In this document: piece after piece, positions 1 through 11,487 of the stretch
Position numbering within the stretch: the first letter of the stretch is position 1
Layout of the letters: every line of letters begins with the position of its first letter
Origin: Pirellulales bacterium
Lineage (GTDB): Bacteria > Planctomycetota > Planctomycetia > Pirellulales > JADZDJ01
Assembly: GCA_963719205.1 (NCBI GenBank)
Contig: CAVRAW010000005.1
Location: forward strand, 280,958 to 344,957
Direction: 5' to 3'
Length of the DNA stretch: 64,000 bases
Position numbers and translations under genes: made by a program
The notes under the pieces: model-generated
Told to the model about the DNA's origin: nothing
What the model saw: the letters and a program-made list of their open reading frames with translations, nothing else
Databases searched by the model: none

Positions 1-906
1 TCCAACGAACGCTGTCGGCTGCCGAACGATGCGATGCGAAAACCACCGGCGATCATCTCGCGTAGCAAATCCGCCTCCGAGCTCTCATCCCCTTCGTGCG
101 CGAACGTCACGATGTCGCCATCGATTTTTAGTTCCTGCACGTCCCCCCGCGCCGTCAGCCACAAACCCAATCCGTCCGCCCCGCCCAACACGCCGCACCT
201 GCACCCAGCTTTGATGCGGCAACTGCGCCTTGCGCTGAATCTCCGCCACCGTCCCCACCGCCACCATCCGCCCCTGCTCGATAATCCCCACCTCATCGCA
301 CATCTCCGCCAATTCCGTCAAAATGTGCGAACTGACCAAAATCGTTTTCCCCTCGGCTGCCAGCCGCCGAAACATCTCGCGCAGCTCAATCCGCGCCCGT
401 GGATCCAACCCCGCCGCCGGTTCGTCCAGCACCAGCACCGCCGGATCATGAATCATCGCCCGCCCCAAACACAGTCGCTGCTTCATCCCCTTCGATAGCC
501 CGCTGACCGCTTTCTCCGCCAAATCCTCCAGCCCTGTGAAATCCATCACGCGACTGATCGCCCGCCGCCGCTCGCTGCCGCGCAACTGGTAAGCACGCGC
601 AAAAAAATCCAGATACTCCGTCACATTCACATTCGGATACGTGCCGTAATAGTCCGGCATGAATCCCAATCGCCGCCGCACACGATCCGGATCATCCAGC
701 ACCGAAAACCCGTCCACAAACGCATCGCCCGTCTGCGGACAATCCAGCGTCGCCAAAATCCGCATCGTCGTCGTCTTGCCCGCTCCGTTGGGACCGATGT
801 ATCCAAACACCGTCCCGCGCGCAACCTCGAACGAAACATCGTCCACCGCCTTGGTGCTCCCAAAGTAGCGCCGCAGTCCACGCAATTCGATCATCGGAGA
901 ATTCAT
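1..906 (-). CDS. ABC transporter ATP-binding protein; runs off the left window edge; frame broken near 205
   Basis: ATG at 906. Walker A GPNGAGKTT, signature LSKGMKQRL, Walker B VLVLDEP. The ORF-track stop at 85 follows an RG-rich nonsense-looking tail. Shifting frame near 205 gives a typical C-terminal domain (VLGGADGLGLWLTARGDVQELKIDGDIVTFAHEGDESSEADLLREMIAGGFRIASF) that continues past position 1. Confidence 0.85.
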
Positions 907-987
907 AATGGTTAGCGTCGGCCGCCAGGCCGAACTACTATCGCGCACCTTCCATCCGCTTGCGGCGTAGCACATTGCTCCGAAGGG

Positions 988-3310
988 TCACCACTTCCCC
1001 ACCACCAAATGAAAACTCGTTTCTTCTCGCGCCCCCGGCGTTCCCAACTCCACTCCCGGCGATGTTTCCATCACCGCCACATACGAGCGCCGCAGCAGCT
1101 TGTTGTCCTTAAGTTGCTCGGCCGTCTCGCGAAACGTTCGTTCCAGCACGCTCGTGTTTTGCGATGCGTCCGGCAGCGCGGTCCCGCCGGATTGCCTTGG
1201 GTATGCCGGGCCGTAACGGTACGGGTATTGATAGCGGTAGCGCCCCCCCAAACCGAAAAAGCTGCGGTCGCCCGAACTGTAGGCCATACCCGGCGGCACT
1301 TCCGGTTGACTGGCCGTTAGCAATGCGCTGATCGGTCCGAACGCTTCATGCTGCGATGCCGCACGCGTTAGCGCAATCGATGCGTCCGGCGCCAAGTCGG
1401 CTCCCACAAAGCAACCCCCATTTTCGTCAACCAGCACTAATTGCTTAATTCGCGCGCCAAGTTGATTGACAATCTGCGGCGACTGCCCGGCTTCGACTGC
1501 TTTAACTTCCAGCATCGCTTTCGTCTTGCCGATTCGCGACGTGACAAATTGCGTTGGCGTACGCGCCTGCAACCACCCGTCGGCTAATCGCTGCTCCAAC
1601 GGCGACGCCTGGTCCGAAGCATTGGACCGCCGCCACTCAACGATTCGCAACGAACGCTTCTCCGCGCTACTTTCCGGCTGCGATTCCAACGGCAGTACGG
1701 CAGTGCCTTCAGAAAATCTCAATCCATCCCCCGGCGCCAAACCCGCGTAGTACGAAAGCCGCGCCCAGCAGGCGGCCTCACCGCTGCGCTGATCGATCGT
1801 AGTCACGCTGCGCGCCCGCACTCGCACTCCCAATCCATCGGCCAACAAAGCAACGGCGATCAGCGCGACTGTCACTACCAGCGCGCCGGCCGGCACCGTG
1901 ATCACCATCAAATTCAATTTGCCCCATCGCCTGAGCACGAAGTAATTCACCGGCCCGATGACGACCATAAACAGCGTGATGAACACCTGAAATTGCGAGA
2001 CCGGCGCCAGCCCCACGCCCGGAATCAAAAAATTCCAAAAGTCCGAATTCTCGCGCCAGCGACAAGCCCCAGCGCTGATGCCACTGCCAACGCTCCGGCC
2101 CCAACGTGTTCAACAGCCAGGTCCAATGGAATCCGCTCCCATCAAAGGTATTGTCTCCGCGGATGGCAACCACCATCCCCATTCCAAGTGGCCGCGTGAC
2201 GAACGGCGCGTCCGCCACATCCGCCGCTTCTCGCGGCGCCGATTCCGGAGGCGTCTCGTCCAATTCCTCCTTGCGCAGCGACTTCACGGGCAGATTCCAA
2301 CCGCGCTTCGACGGATCGCGCTCCTCCTCGACAGCCGTTCCATCGCTTTCAGCCATCCCAATCGTCTGCTCCAGTTGCGAAATTCTGTCCCAATCTTTTC
2401 CGGCCCCGTACACGACCAAATTCCCGCCGTTGCGCACCCAATCGCGGATCGCATTCCACTGGCCGGGATACTGCGTCGCCAAGTCTCGCAATCTCCCTCG
2501 CGAGCACAACACCAGGTCCACGCCGCTGTAATCGATCCACTGCGTCGGCAACTCGTCGATGCTGATGGCATCCTTCTGAGCAAACCCCTGGCTCGCCGCC
2601 GAAGACTGCAGCGCGGTTTTGGAATCGCCTTTGACAAACAATTGCTCCGGCGCACTGTCGCCGATCTGAATTTGCACCTGCGACTTCCGATTGTCATCGC
2701 CCAACGCCAGCACGACCGGCAGCGATCGATCGCCAATCTCCGTCCCGCTCCAGCTCGTCCAACCCGCTTTAGGACCGATCGAAAGTTGGTCCACGTATTC
2801 CTTGTCCTCAAACACATCCAGCTCGAACGATCCCCACGCCCCTTCCTGCGGCACAGAAATTGTCATCTGCGCCGCGCTGCTGCCGGCCGGAATCTCCAAA
2901 ATCTGGCTCACCTCCACGCTCGCTTTCTGCGTGTAGCCCATGCGCGGACGAAAACGAATTGTGAGCACGCGGTCGGCAATCACTGGTCCGGCGATGGATC
3001 GCGCCGCCACCCGCACCGGCCGATAGCCGAACGAATCGACCCAGGTGGTATCGATCGTCAGTTCCAATCCGGTGGCGTTCACCTGATTGGGCCCCAGCAT
3101 GGGCAGCGTGATTGCCCCGCCCGACGCCGCCCACGCAGACTGCCCTAGAGCCAGCGAACTGAACAACACCAGCCATCCGGCGATCAAAGTGTTCGTCGAG
3201 GACGGCGGCGCCTTAGATCGCAATCGCCCCAGCAGCCGCGCTGAATAGCCACGCCACGCCAAACAGCAGCGCGTAAACAGCAAACGCGATAACAATTGCC
3301 AACAGTCCAA
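988..3310 (-). CDS. hypothetical signal-peptide/membrane protein (~770 aa), frame broken near 2050
   Basis: Same-strand ORFs 1778..3310 and 988..2028 overlap by 250 nt. They join cleanly if one base is restored near 2050 (..LSLAR|ENSDFWNFLIPGVGL..). Signal-like segment LIAGWLVLFSSLALGQSAWA; TM helices in the C-terminal half (FITLFMVVIGPVNYFVL, VITVPAGALVVTVALIAVALLA). No family recognised and the start is uncertain. Confidence 0.5.
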
Positions 3311-3425
3311 TCGAGACGCCGGCCGCCCATGCCCATCCGCGCCCCGCCGTCGAAGTTACAAACGCCACCACCGCCAGCGCCGCCATAATTCCCAGAATCA
3401 GCCGCAGCGAGAACTGCGGAATCAT
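3213..3425 (-). CDS. small hypothetical two-TM membrane protein (70 aa)
   Basis: ATG at 3425 gives MIPQFSLRLILGIMAALAVVAFV...GLLAIVIAFAVYALLFGVAWLF, with two clear hydrophobic helices. No homology recognised. Confidence 0.35.
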   Translation of the reverse strand: MIPQFSLRLILGIMAALAVVAFVTSTAGRGWAWAAGVSIGLLAIVIAFAVYALLFGVAWLFSAAAGAIAI

Positions 3426-3533
3426 CGTGCGTCGAACTTCTCCCATGCATTCGATTGTGCACTCGAGCCCGCAGCGCAAGCAAGGGCAGCCGTTTAGCCG
3501 CGACGCGCAGTCCGCGGAGCGGAGCGCGGCACT

Positions 3534-4220
3534 TCACCCGAACCGATATCGAATGATGCACCACAACGCCCGCACGCCATCGACCCACCCGATCTTTTTC
3601 CCCTCTTCGCGCGTCCGCGCTCGATATCGGATGGGCCGTTCCACAATCCGAATGCCCGGAATCTTCACCACTCGCGCCGAAAGTTCGATTTCCACCCCAA
3701 ATCGACTATCGATCAATTGCGGCGCGACCTTCTGAATGATCTCGCGGCGAAAAACCTTGTAACACGTCTCCACGTCGGTCAGTTTGACCCAATACACCCA
3801 GTTGAACACTCTCGTAATAATCCGGTTCGCCCAATACGTAGTATTCGAAATTTGCGAATCGGCCCCCTTCATGAAGCGGCTGCCGTACACCACGTCGGCC
3901 GCGCCGCTCGTGATCGGCTCCACCAGCGCCGAATAATCCCCCGGATCGTATTCCAAATCGGCATCCTGCACGATCACCAAGTCCCCCTTCACCGCCGCAA
4001 AGCCGGTCTTCAACGCATCCCCCTTGCCGCGGTTTTCCGGATGCCGCAACACGCGCACGTTCGCCTGGCACTCCAGATGCTTCAGCGACTCATAAGTGTT
4101 GTCGCTGCTGCCGTCGTCGACGATCACCAGTTCGTGCTCGATCGGCGTCTGCTGGATGACTTCCACCACCTGCCGCGCAGTCTCCGCTTCGTTATAAACG
4201 GGGATTACAATAGACAGCAT
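3534..4220 (-). CDS. family 2 glycosyltransferase (polyprenyl-phosphate sugar synthase-like)
   Basis: IVIPVYNE, VDDGSSDNT and the DxD-type QDADLEYDP motif. The length (228 aa) is typical of GT2 Dpm1/GtrB-like enzymes. Confidence 0.85.
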   Translation of the reverse strand: MLSIVIPVYNEAETARQVVEVIQQTPIEHELVIVDDGSSDNTYESLKHLECQANVRVLRHPENRGKGDALKTGFAAVKGDLVIVQDADLEYDPGDYSALVEPITSGAADVVYGSRFMKGADSQISNTTYWANRIITRVFNWVYWVKLTDVETCYKVFRREIIQKVAPQLIDSRFGVEIELSARVVKIPGIRIVERPIRYRARTREEGKKIGWVDGVRALWCIIRYRFG

Positions 4221-4483
4221 TCAGCCCGCCGTAATCATTCTCATGGGCGAAAAACGATGGACGTATACTATAATCGCCGCTCGTCCGCAGTGCAGCGTGA
4301 CCCTCCCCTTCTTTTTGCCTTTTTTTGATCGTCATCTTTTCAATAACAAAATCTTCCCTTCGGCCTTGCCGGTCGCCATCGATCGCATCCGATCACCCCG
4401 TTCATGCCAGGACCTAAAAATCCCTCCGTCCCCGCGCCAAATCGCTTCGGCCTGCTGTCGGGTGGCCCTCGTCGCCAAGTCAC

Positions 4484-6434
4484 TTGGTTCTGGGCGGCGT
4501 GGCATTGATCTTCTTCGCCATCTGCGTGGCTTACTATCCCGCTGTGCAAGGTGGCTTCATCTTAGACGATGACAAATTGGTGACCGGCAACAGCCTGGTC
4601 AAAGCACCCGATGGGCTCGTGCGATTTTGGTTTACCGCCGAAGGCGCGACTACTGGCCGATGACAAATTCCACGTTCTGGTTGGAATGGCGGCTCTGGGG
4701 AATGAATCCCACCGGTTATCACATCACCAACCTGCTCTTGCACTTCGTTTCAGCGCTCATGATATGGGCAATACTCCGAAAGCTATCCATTCCCGGTGCG
4801 TTTCTGGCGGCGCTGTTGTTCGCCGTGCATCCGGTGAACGTGGAATCAGTCGCTTGGATCGCGCAACGCAAGAATACCTTGGCGATGTTCTTCTTTCTGC
4901 TGTCGACCTGTTGGTATATCCAGGCGGATAGCTCGTTGTCGCGCACCGACGAAGTCATTCCCGTCGACAAGTCATCACCTCGTGCGACGCTTTTCGGAAG
5001 TGGCCGGTATTGGTTAAGTCTTATTGCGTTTGCCCTCGCGGCGCTCAGCAAAGGCTCAGTAGCAGTTTTGCCGCTAATACTCTGGGCAATCATTTGGTGG
5101 AAACGTGGCAGGATCGCGCCCAGCGATTTAGCACGCACCCTCCCGTTCTTTCTCATCGCGATTGTGCTGACGTTGGTGAATGTTTGGTTTCAGACTCACG
5201 GCGCCGACGTCGAATTTCGCGACGTCAATTTCGCGCAGCGATTGGCCGGCGCAGCGCCGTGGTGTGGTTTTATGCATCGAAGGCGATCCTCCCAATCCAT
5301 CTGCTTTCTGTATATCCACAGTGGGAAATTCATCCCGCTCAATGGCTTTGGTGGCTGCCTTTAGTTGCCGCCTTGGCGGCGACCATCGTGCTTTTACACC
5401 AACGCTTCAATCGATGGGGTCGGCCGCTGCTGTTTGCCTGGGGTTTCTTTTGTGTTGCTCTTCTCCCTGTGATGGGCTTCACCGACGTGGGCTTCATGCA
5501 GTATTCGCTCGTGGCCGATCATTATCAGCACATTGCCCTCATTGGAATTGTCGTGCTCGTGGCAGCAACCTGGTGTGTCTGGTACGCCCAAGCGCCAACA
5601 GCAATTCGCCCGGCGGCAACCACGATCACTATCTTCATCGTGCTTTGCCTGACGCTTCTAACCTGGAAACAATCTCGGCTCTATGCCAATCCTCGAACAT
5701 GGTACACAGCCGCTTTGAGTGAAAACCCAAACTGTTGGTTGATCCAAAATAACCTGGGCAGCGTGTTGCTGGAGGAACAACGTTTGCCTGAGGCTCTCGA
5801 GCATTTCCAACTAGCCCTGCAATTACGGCCCAACGATGCATTGACCCATAAAAATTTGGGCCTCGCCTTATCCATGCAAGGCAACTTCGAACAGGCAATC
5901 GCGCATTTCCAGCGGGCGCTTCAACTGAATCCCAAGTTCTTCAAAGCGCACGTTGATTTTGCCAATACACTGGTGCAGTTAGGCCGCCTCGCGGAAGCGA
6001 TCGATCAGTTTCAACAAGCCCTCGAGTCCAATCCCGATGCCGCTTTTGTCCACTACAATCTGGCCAACGCCCTGCGAAAAGCCGGTCGGCTCCAAGAAGC
6101 GATCTTTCACTACCAGGAGGCCCTCAAGCGAACGCCCGATTTTGCCGAAGCCCACAACAACCTCGGCTACCTGCTGGTGAATAACGGTCGGACTTTGGAG
6201 GGCATCGAACAGTTTCGGGAGGCTGTGCGATTGAAGCCCAACCACACCAATGCTTGGATCAATCTGGCGGATGCCTACGCACAGTTGCAGCGATTCCCCG
6301 AAGCCATCGATGCCGCTCAAACGGCCTTGAATCTAGCTCGATCCCAGCAGCAGACGGCGCTGGTCCAGAAAATCGAGGGCCTGTTGATCTCGTATCGGGC
6401 GAACCAATCGAATCCTCCCGGGCGCCTTGATTGA
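4484..6434 (+). pseudogene. TMTC/PMT-like GT-C membrane glycosyltransferase with C-terminal TPR array, disrupted by two frameshifts; paralog of 36650..39010
   Basis: Three frames align collinearly with the intact 818-aa paralog. Matches run GGFILDDDKLVTGNSLVKAP.. (frame from 4484), then [41 protein letters not shown] (4627..5364), then VVWFYASKAILPIHLLSVYPQW...ADHYQHIALIG plus about 9 TPRs (5010..6434). Shifts lie near 4645 and 5254. Confidence 0.75.
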
Positions 6435-6519
6435 ATCGACGTAGCCGAGGTCCAGTGGCAGAATAACTCGCATGGCTAGAGTTTTGCAGCGTTTCCGGTG
6501 TCTTCAAGAGCGCCCGGAA

Positions 6520-6987
6520 ATGCAAATGATTTCGAACATCCGCATCCGGTGCTACAGCTGCGAGTCGGACATCTTCCCGTTCCTGGAGCTGCGGCATTCG
6601 GCTTTTGCACGCCAGCGAGTCGGAGTGCGCAAATGGAGCTGTGAAGACTTCCACTCCGAGTTCGCCGGCTCCTGGTGGTGGCGTCCGGATCACATGTGGT
6701 TGGCCGAAACGCTCGACGTGGCGTCAGCAGATTCGCAGCAGCACCCGCTTGTTGGTTCGGTCACGCTTGCAATGCGCGGCCAGCCCGGCGATGCTCGACC
6801 GGTCATCCATTGGCTGATGGTGCTCCCAACCTACCGGCGTCGCGGAATCGGACGCTTGCTGATCGCTCACTTGGAGCGAGCCGCCTGGGACGCCGGCCAT
6901 CGCACAATCTGGCTGGAAACCCACGCCGACTGGGAAGCCGCCGCAAAGTTCTACGATTCGCTCGGATACCACCCCGAACATCATTGA
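6520..6987 (+). CDS. GNAT family N-acetyltransferase
   Basis: Acetyl-CoA binding motif VLPTYRRRGIGRLLI followed by WLETHADWEAAAKFYDSLGY. ATG at 6520 (MQMISN). Confidence 0.8.
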   Translation: MQMISNIRIRCYSCESDIFPFLELRHSAFARQRVGVRKWSCEDFHSEFAGSWWWRPDHMWLAETLDVASADSQQHPLVGSVTLAMRGQPGDARPVIHWLMVLPTYRRRGIGRLLIAHLERAAWDAGHRTIWLETHADWEAAAKFYDSLGYHPEHH

Positions 6988-7691
6988 ATTGCCGCGCGCC
7001 GCTCGTCGAATTCTGCCTTCTGCCTTCTGCTTTCTGCCTTTTGCACCATTCGCAACCGCCCCTCTTCCATCCGCACTTTCCCCAATCCAATCAACCGCAG
7101 TGCTTCCGGATACGCTTCGCACTCGGCCTCAAACACGCGCGCGGCCAAAGTGCCCGGCGTGTCATCATCGAGCACCGCCACCCTCCGCTGCAAGATAATT
7201 GGCCCATGATCGTACTGGTCATCCACTAAATGCACCGTGCAACCGCTGATTCGCGCCCCCGATTCTAGCACCGCTTCATGCACCCGCGCACCAAACAATC
7301 CCCGCCCGCAATACCCGGGCAACAGCGCCGGATGAATGTTCGTCACGCGGTTGCGAAAATCCGCCGGAATCAATACATGTTTGAGAAAGCCCGCCATCGC
7401 TACCAAATGCACACCCGCTTCGCGGCACCTCCCAAACACCGCCTCGCTATATTGTTCCGCGGAGACATCGTCGCTCGGCGCCTCCACAAGCGCCGCAATG
7501 CCAGCCTGCCGCGCAATTTCCAACCCCGGCGCCTTGGATGTGCTGGAAACCACCAATTCAATTCGTGCATCCAGCCGTCCCGCGCAAATGCATTGAATCA
7601 AATTCCCCAGTGTCCTCCCCTTGCCGGAAATTAAAACCGCCAATCGCAAGGGGGAAACAGCCTGTCCGAGTGTGAAGGACATGCCAGTCAT
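6981..7691 (-). CDS. purN: phosphoribosylglycinamide formyltransferase
   Basis: [27 protein letters not shown] and [17 protein letters not shown]. The start ATG overlaps the ileS stop (ATGA). The last ~20 codons are encoded by a TTCTGCC heptamer array. Confidence 0.9.
   Translation of the reverse strand: MTGMSFTLGQAVSPLRLAVLISGKGRTLGNLIQCICAGRLDARIELVVSSTSKAPGLEIARQAGIAALVEAPSDDVSAEQYSEAVFGRCREAGVHLVAMAGFLKHVLIPADFRNRVTNIHPALLPGYCGRGLFGARVHEAVLESGARISGCTVHLVDDQYDHGPIILQRRVAVLDDDTPGTLAARVFEAECEAYPEALRLIGLGKVRMEEGRLRMVQKAESRRQKAEFDERRAAIQ
7011..7045. repeat. heptamer array TTCTGCC x4-5 at the convergent GNAT/purN 3' ends
   Basis: ttctgcc ttctgcc ttctgct ttctgcc ttttgca. It encodes the purN tail [11 protein letters not shown] on the minus strand. 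Confidence 0.75.
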
Positions 7692-10600
7692 TTCTTCACA
7701 ATCCGCAAATACAGTTGCGAAACGTCGTCGCCGACTTTGATTTCGCTCGCCTCGGCCCCCTCAATCGGCCCCGCTCTTAGAACAGTCGCCAGCGTTTCGC
7801 CGCGAATGTAATCGCCGAAATGGTCGATCGCGCGGCGAATCTCCGCCGACTCGCTTCCGATCCCCACCTCAATGCGGTCCGTATATTCACAATCCCGGTC
7901 TTTGCGGCAATTCTGAATCGCATGCACAATTTCCCGAGCCACTCCCTCGGTCACCAACTCCGGAGACAACTCCGTTGCCAAAACCACCACGCAGTCCTTG
8001 CCCTGCGCCGCCGCCCAGCCCGGCTTGGCCTGCAGGCGCACCTGCAAATCATTGCGGTCCAGCATTTCGCTGCTGCCGTCGTCCAACTTTAGCGAAACGC
8101 TCCCCGCTTTTTCCATTTCCGCAAGCAGCTTGCCGGCGTCCGACTTCGCCAATGCATTTTTCACCAGCGGCAACTTCTTGCCCAGCCGCGGTCCAAGCCG
8201 TTTCAAATCCGGCAGTACGGTATAAGTGATGTACTGCTCCGCCTTTTGCGTGAACTCCACATGTTTGACATTTAGCTCTTTACGCAACAGGTCGAAATGA
8301 TCCTCCAGCCATGCTTGTTGGCTTCGATCCGCCAGAATCACCTCCACCTTCCCCAGCGGCTGCCGCACCTTGAGCTTTGCCCCCATCCGTGCCGCCAGGC
8401 CCAGCGACGCAATCTCGCGCACCAGGTTCATCTGAATCGAAAGCTGCTCATCGATCGCTGCCCGATCCCCCGTGGGAAAATCGCACAGATGAACGCTTGT
8501 AGCGCTCATGGCTTCACCGCCTGCTGCTTGCTGCCTGCCGCCTGCCAGATTTTGCCACATCGCCTCCGCAATGAACGGCACAAACGGCGCAATGATTTTG
8601 CACGTCGTGATCAAACACTCGTACAGCGTCCAATAAGCGTCCAACTTGTCCGGATCGCGCTTGTCTTCCGCCCAAAACCGATCCCGGCTGCGCCGCACGT
8701 ACCAGTTCGAAAGCGCATCGACAAACTCGATGATCCGCTGCGCCGCCGCATAGTTGTCGTAAGCATCCATCCGCTCCACGACCGCCGCCGCCGTGCGATT
8801 CAATTCGCTCAAGATCCAGCGATCCAACTCCGCCCGCTCTTTGATTGGTCGAGCCGATTCGTCCCCCTGATTCTTGACTCCTGATCCCTGACTCCTGGGA
8901 TCAAATCCATCGATATTCGCGTAGATCACAAAAAAGCTGTACACATGCCACAGCCTTAACAAGAATTCCGGAATGCTGTCGCGGATCGCCCGCTCGCTAT
9001 AGCGGATCGTGGTCCACGGCGGCTGCGTGGCAAAAAAGTACCACCGCAACGCATCGGCGCCGTACTTGTCAAAAATCTCCGCAGGCTCGCGGTAATTCCG
9101 CTTGCTCTTCGCCATCTTCTGCCCGTCTTCGCCCAGCATCAGCCCCAGCACAATGCAATTGCGAAACGGCCGCGGAATCGGCTTGTCGAACACCAGCGTC
9201 GAAATCGCCAACTGGCTGTAAAACCACCCGCGCGTCTGATCGAGCGCCTCGCTAATGAAGTCGGCAGGAAACTGCTCATGAAATTTCCCGGCAGCGGCCG
9301 CGCGGCTGCCTTCCGTCGTTCCGCCTTCCGCCTTCCCCCTTCCGCCTTCCCCTTGATATCCCCACTGTGCAAACGGCATCGCCCCGCTGTCGTACCAACA
9401 GTCGATCACATCCGGCACGCGCCGCATCGTGCCGCCGCACTCGCACGAAAACAGGACAGCGTCGATATACGGCTTGTGAACTCTCAAATCGTCGATAAGC
9501 TTCGGATTTGCCTTCTTCGCCTTCTCCCACACTTCCGTTCCTGCAATTCCTGGCTTCCTAATTAATTCTTCGTAATTGCTGATTGCCGACTGCTGATTGC
9601 ACTTCTCGCATTGCCAGATGGGAAGCGGCGTGCCCCAAAATCGCTCCCGCGAAAGCGCCCAATCGACATTTGTCTCCAGAAAATTCCCGAACCGCCCTTC
9701 CTTGATATGGTCCGGCAGCCAGTTGATATGCCGATTATTCTCCAGCATCTGTTCCTTAAACTGGCTGGTTTTGATGAACCAGCTCCGTCGCGGATACTGA
9801 ATCAGCGGATCCTCCTCCGCCCGCCAGCAAAACGGATACTCGTGCCGATATTCTTCGCGATGAAACAACAACCCGCGCTGTTTCAAATCATGAATAATGT
9901 CCTTATCGCATTCCTTCACCCATCGCCCGCGGCAATACTCCGGCCCTTCATCTGTGAATTTGCCGTCCGGCGCTACGGAGCAAATCAGTTCCAAACCCGG
10001 GCCGTCTTCAAATCGACTGCGTTCATGGATCAGCACATCGAAATCGACTTCGCCAAACGCCGGCGCTTGATGCACTACCCCCGTGCCACTATCAATGGTG
10101 ACAAATCCGGCGCTGACCACGCGCCAAGCAATGTACTCCTTGCCATCGCCTTTTAATTGTCCCTGTGCGGACCCCAGCGAACGATAGTAATTGTCAAACG
10201 GCGGCACATACCGCAGCCCGATCAGTTTCTGTCCTTGAATCTTTTTCTCAACCTTGAATTCCCGCTTCACTTTCCCCGCGATCGCCTCCACTAGCGCGCT
10301 TGCAACAACTAACTTTTCCGTCGCGCCCGTCGCGTCGTTGTCGTCCACAACAACTGAATACTCCAACTCCGGATGCACCGCCGCAAACTGATTGCTCGGC
10401 AGCGTCCACGGCGTCGTCGTCCACACCAACAAACTCGCGCCGTCCAAACCCAATTCCTTTGTGCGCGCATCTGACACCAACGGAAACTTCACATACACGC
10501 TCGGGTCCGCCACCTCCCGGTAACCCAACCCCACCTCGCCGCTCGAAAGCGCCGTCCCCCCTGCGCCCACCACCAAACAATCTTGTGCCCCTGATACAAC

Positions 10601-11112
10601 AGCCCCCGATCGAACAACTGCTTCAAGCTCCACCACACGCTCTCCACGTAGCTCTGGTGGTAGGTGACGTACGCCTCGTCCAAATTCACCCAAAACCCGA
10701 TCCGCTCCGTCATCCGCCGCCACTCTTGCATGTACCGCCACACGCTCTGTTGGCACTTCTGAATAAACGGCTCCACGCCGTACTGCTCGATATCCTCCTT
10801 CGAGTGGATTCCCAGCTCTTTGCAGACCTCCACCTCGACCGGCAGACCGTGGGTGTCCCATCCCGCTTTGCGTTCGCACAACTGTCCGCGCATCGTCCGG
10901 TAACGGGGGAAAAGGTCCTTGATCGCCCGGGTCAAACAGTGCCCGGGATGGGGCATCCCGTTGGCCGTCGGCGGACCCTCGTAAAACACAAATCGCTCGG
11001 CGTTTTTCCGCCTTTCAAGCGACTTTGCATACACCTTTTGATCGCCCCAAAAACGGAGGATTCCCTCTTCGAGTTTTGGGAAGTTGACGTTGCTCTCGAC
11101 CGGCTCAAACAT
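7688..11112 (-). CDS. ileS: isoleucine--tRNA ligase, frame broken in a C6 homopolymer at 10556-10561
   Basis: N-terminal fragment 10489..11112 carries the HIGH-type motif [11 protein letters not shown]. Fragment 7688..10879 continues at ..[16 protein letters not shown].. and carries [18 protein letters not shown] and KMAKSKRN (KMSKS). The fragments join as [11 protein letters not shown]|TALSSGEV if the G/C run is 7 rather than 6. Confidence 0.95.
8864..8898. repeat. heptamer array (YTCCTGA x5) inside ileS
   Basis: cccctga ttcttga ctcctga tccctga ctcctgg. It translates on the minus strand as ..[13 protein letters not shown].. in a variable region of IleS. Confidence 0.7.
9308..9349. repeat. 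heptamer array (CGCCTTC x6) inside ileS
   Basis: gccttcc gtcgttc cgccttc cgccttc ccccttc cgccttc. It translates on the minus strand as ..[16 protein letters not shown].., inserted between PFAQWGY and [10 protein letters not shown]. Confidence 0.7.
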
Positions 11113-11487
11113 TGCAAAATCTGATTTGTCTCTTGACGAATCGGAAACCAGTGGCGAAACTCTATGAAACCAAGGTTAGGGAACAGAGAGTGAGCACTTC
11201 GCAATCGCCATGCTTTCGGGTGTCACACCCAGCTGGCTTAGGGGACTAGATCAGGCGTTCTTCGTGAGCCCGGCTATCCGTCCACGTTCGTCGAGTTATT
11301 GGACTGAGATAGAAGCGCGTCAGTGTAGCAACCACCTAGGATAGCGACTACAGGAAGACTCTACACCATCTCGTTTAACCTCATTGCCTCATCGCATTCG
11401 CGCTCCTGTCCTTTTTTACCGCCGATCCAACACTTTTAGCGATATTCAGCCGGAAATTTGTAGAAAACCAGCAGAAGTGGCATTACA

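Noticed and set aside
10556-10561. Programmed ribosomal frameshift in ileS (and in other broken genes).
   Set aside because: There is no slippery heptamer or downstream stimulatory-structure pattern shared between sites. About 30 breaks of mixed type occur across unrelated genes, several in homopolymers, which is better explained by indel errors.
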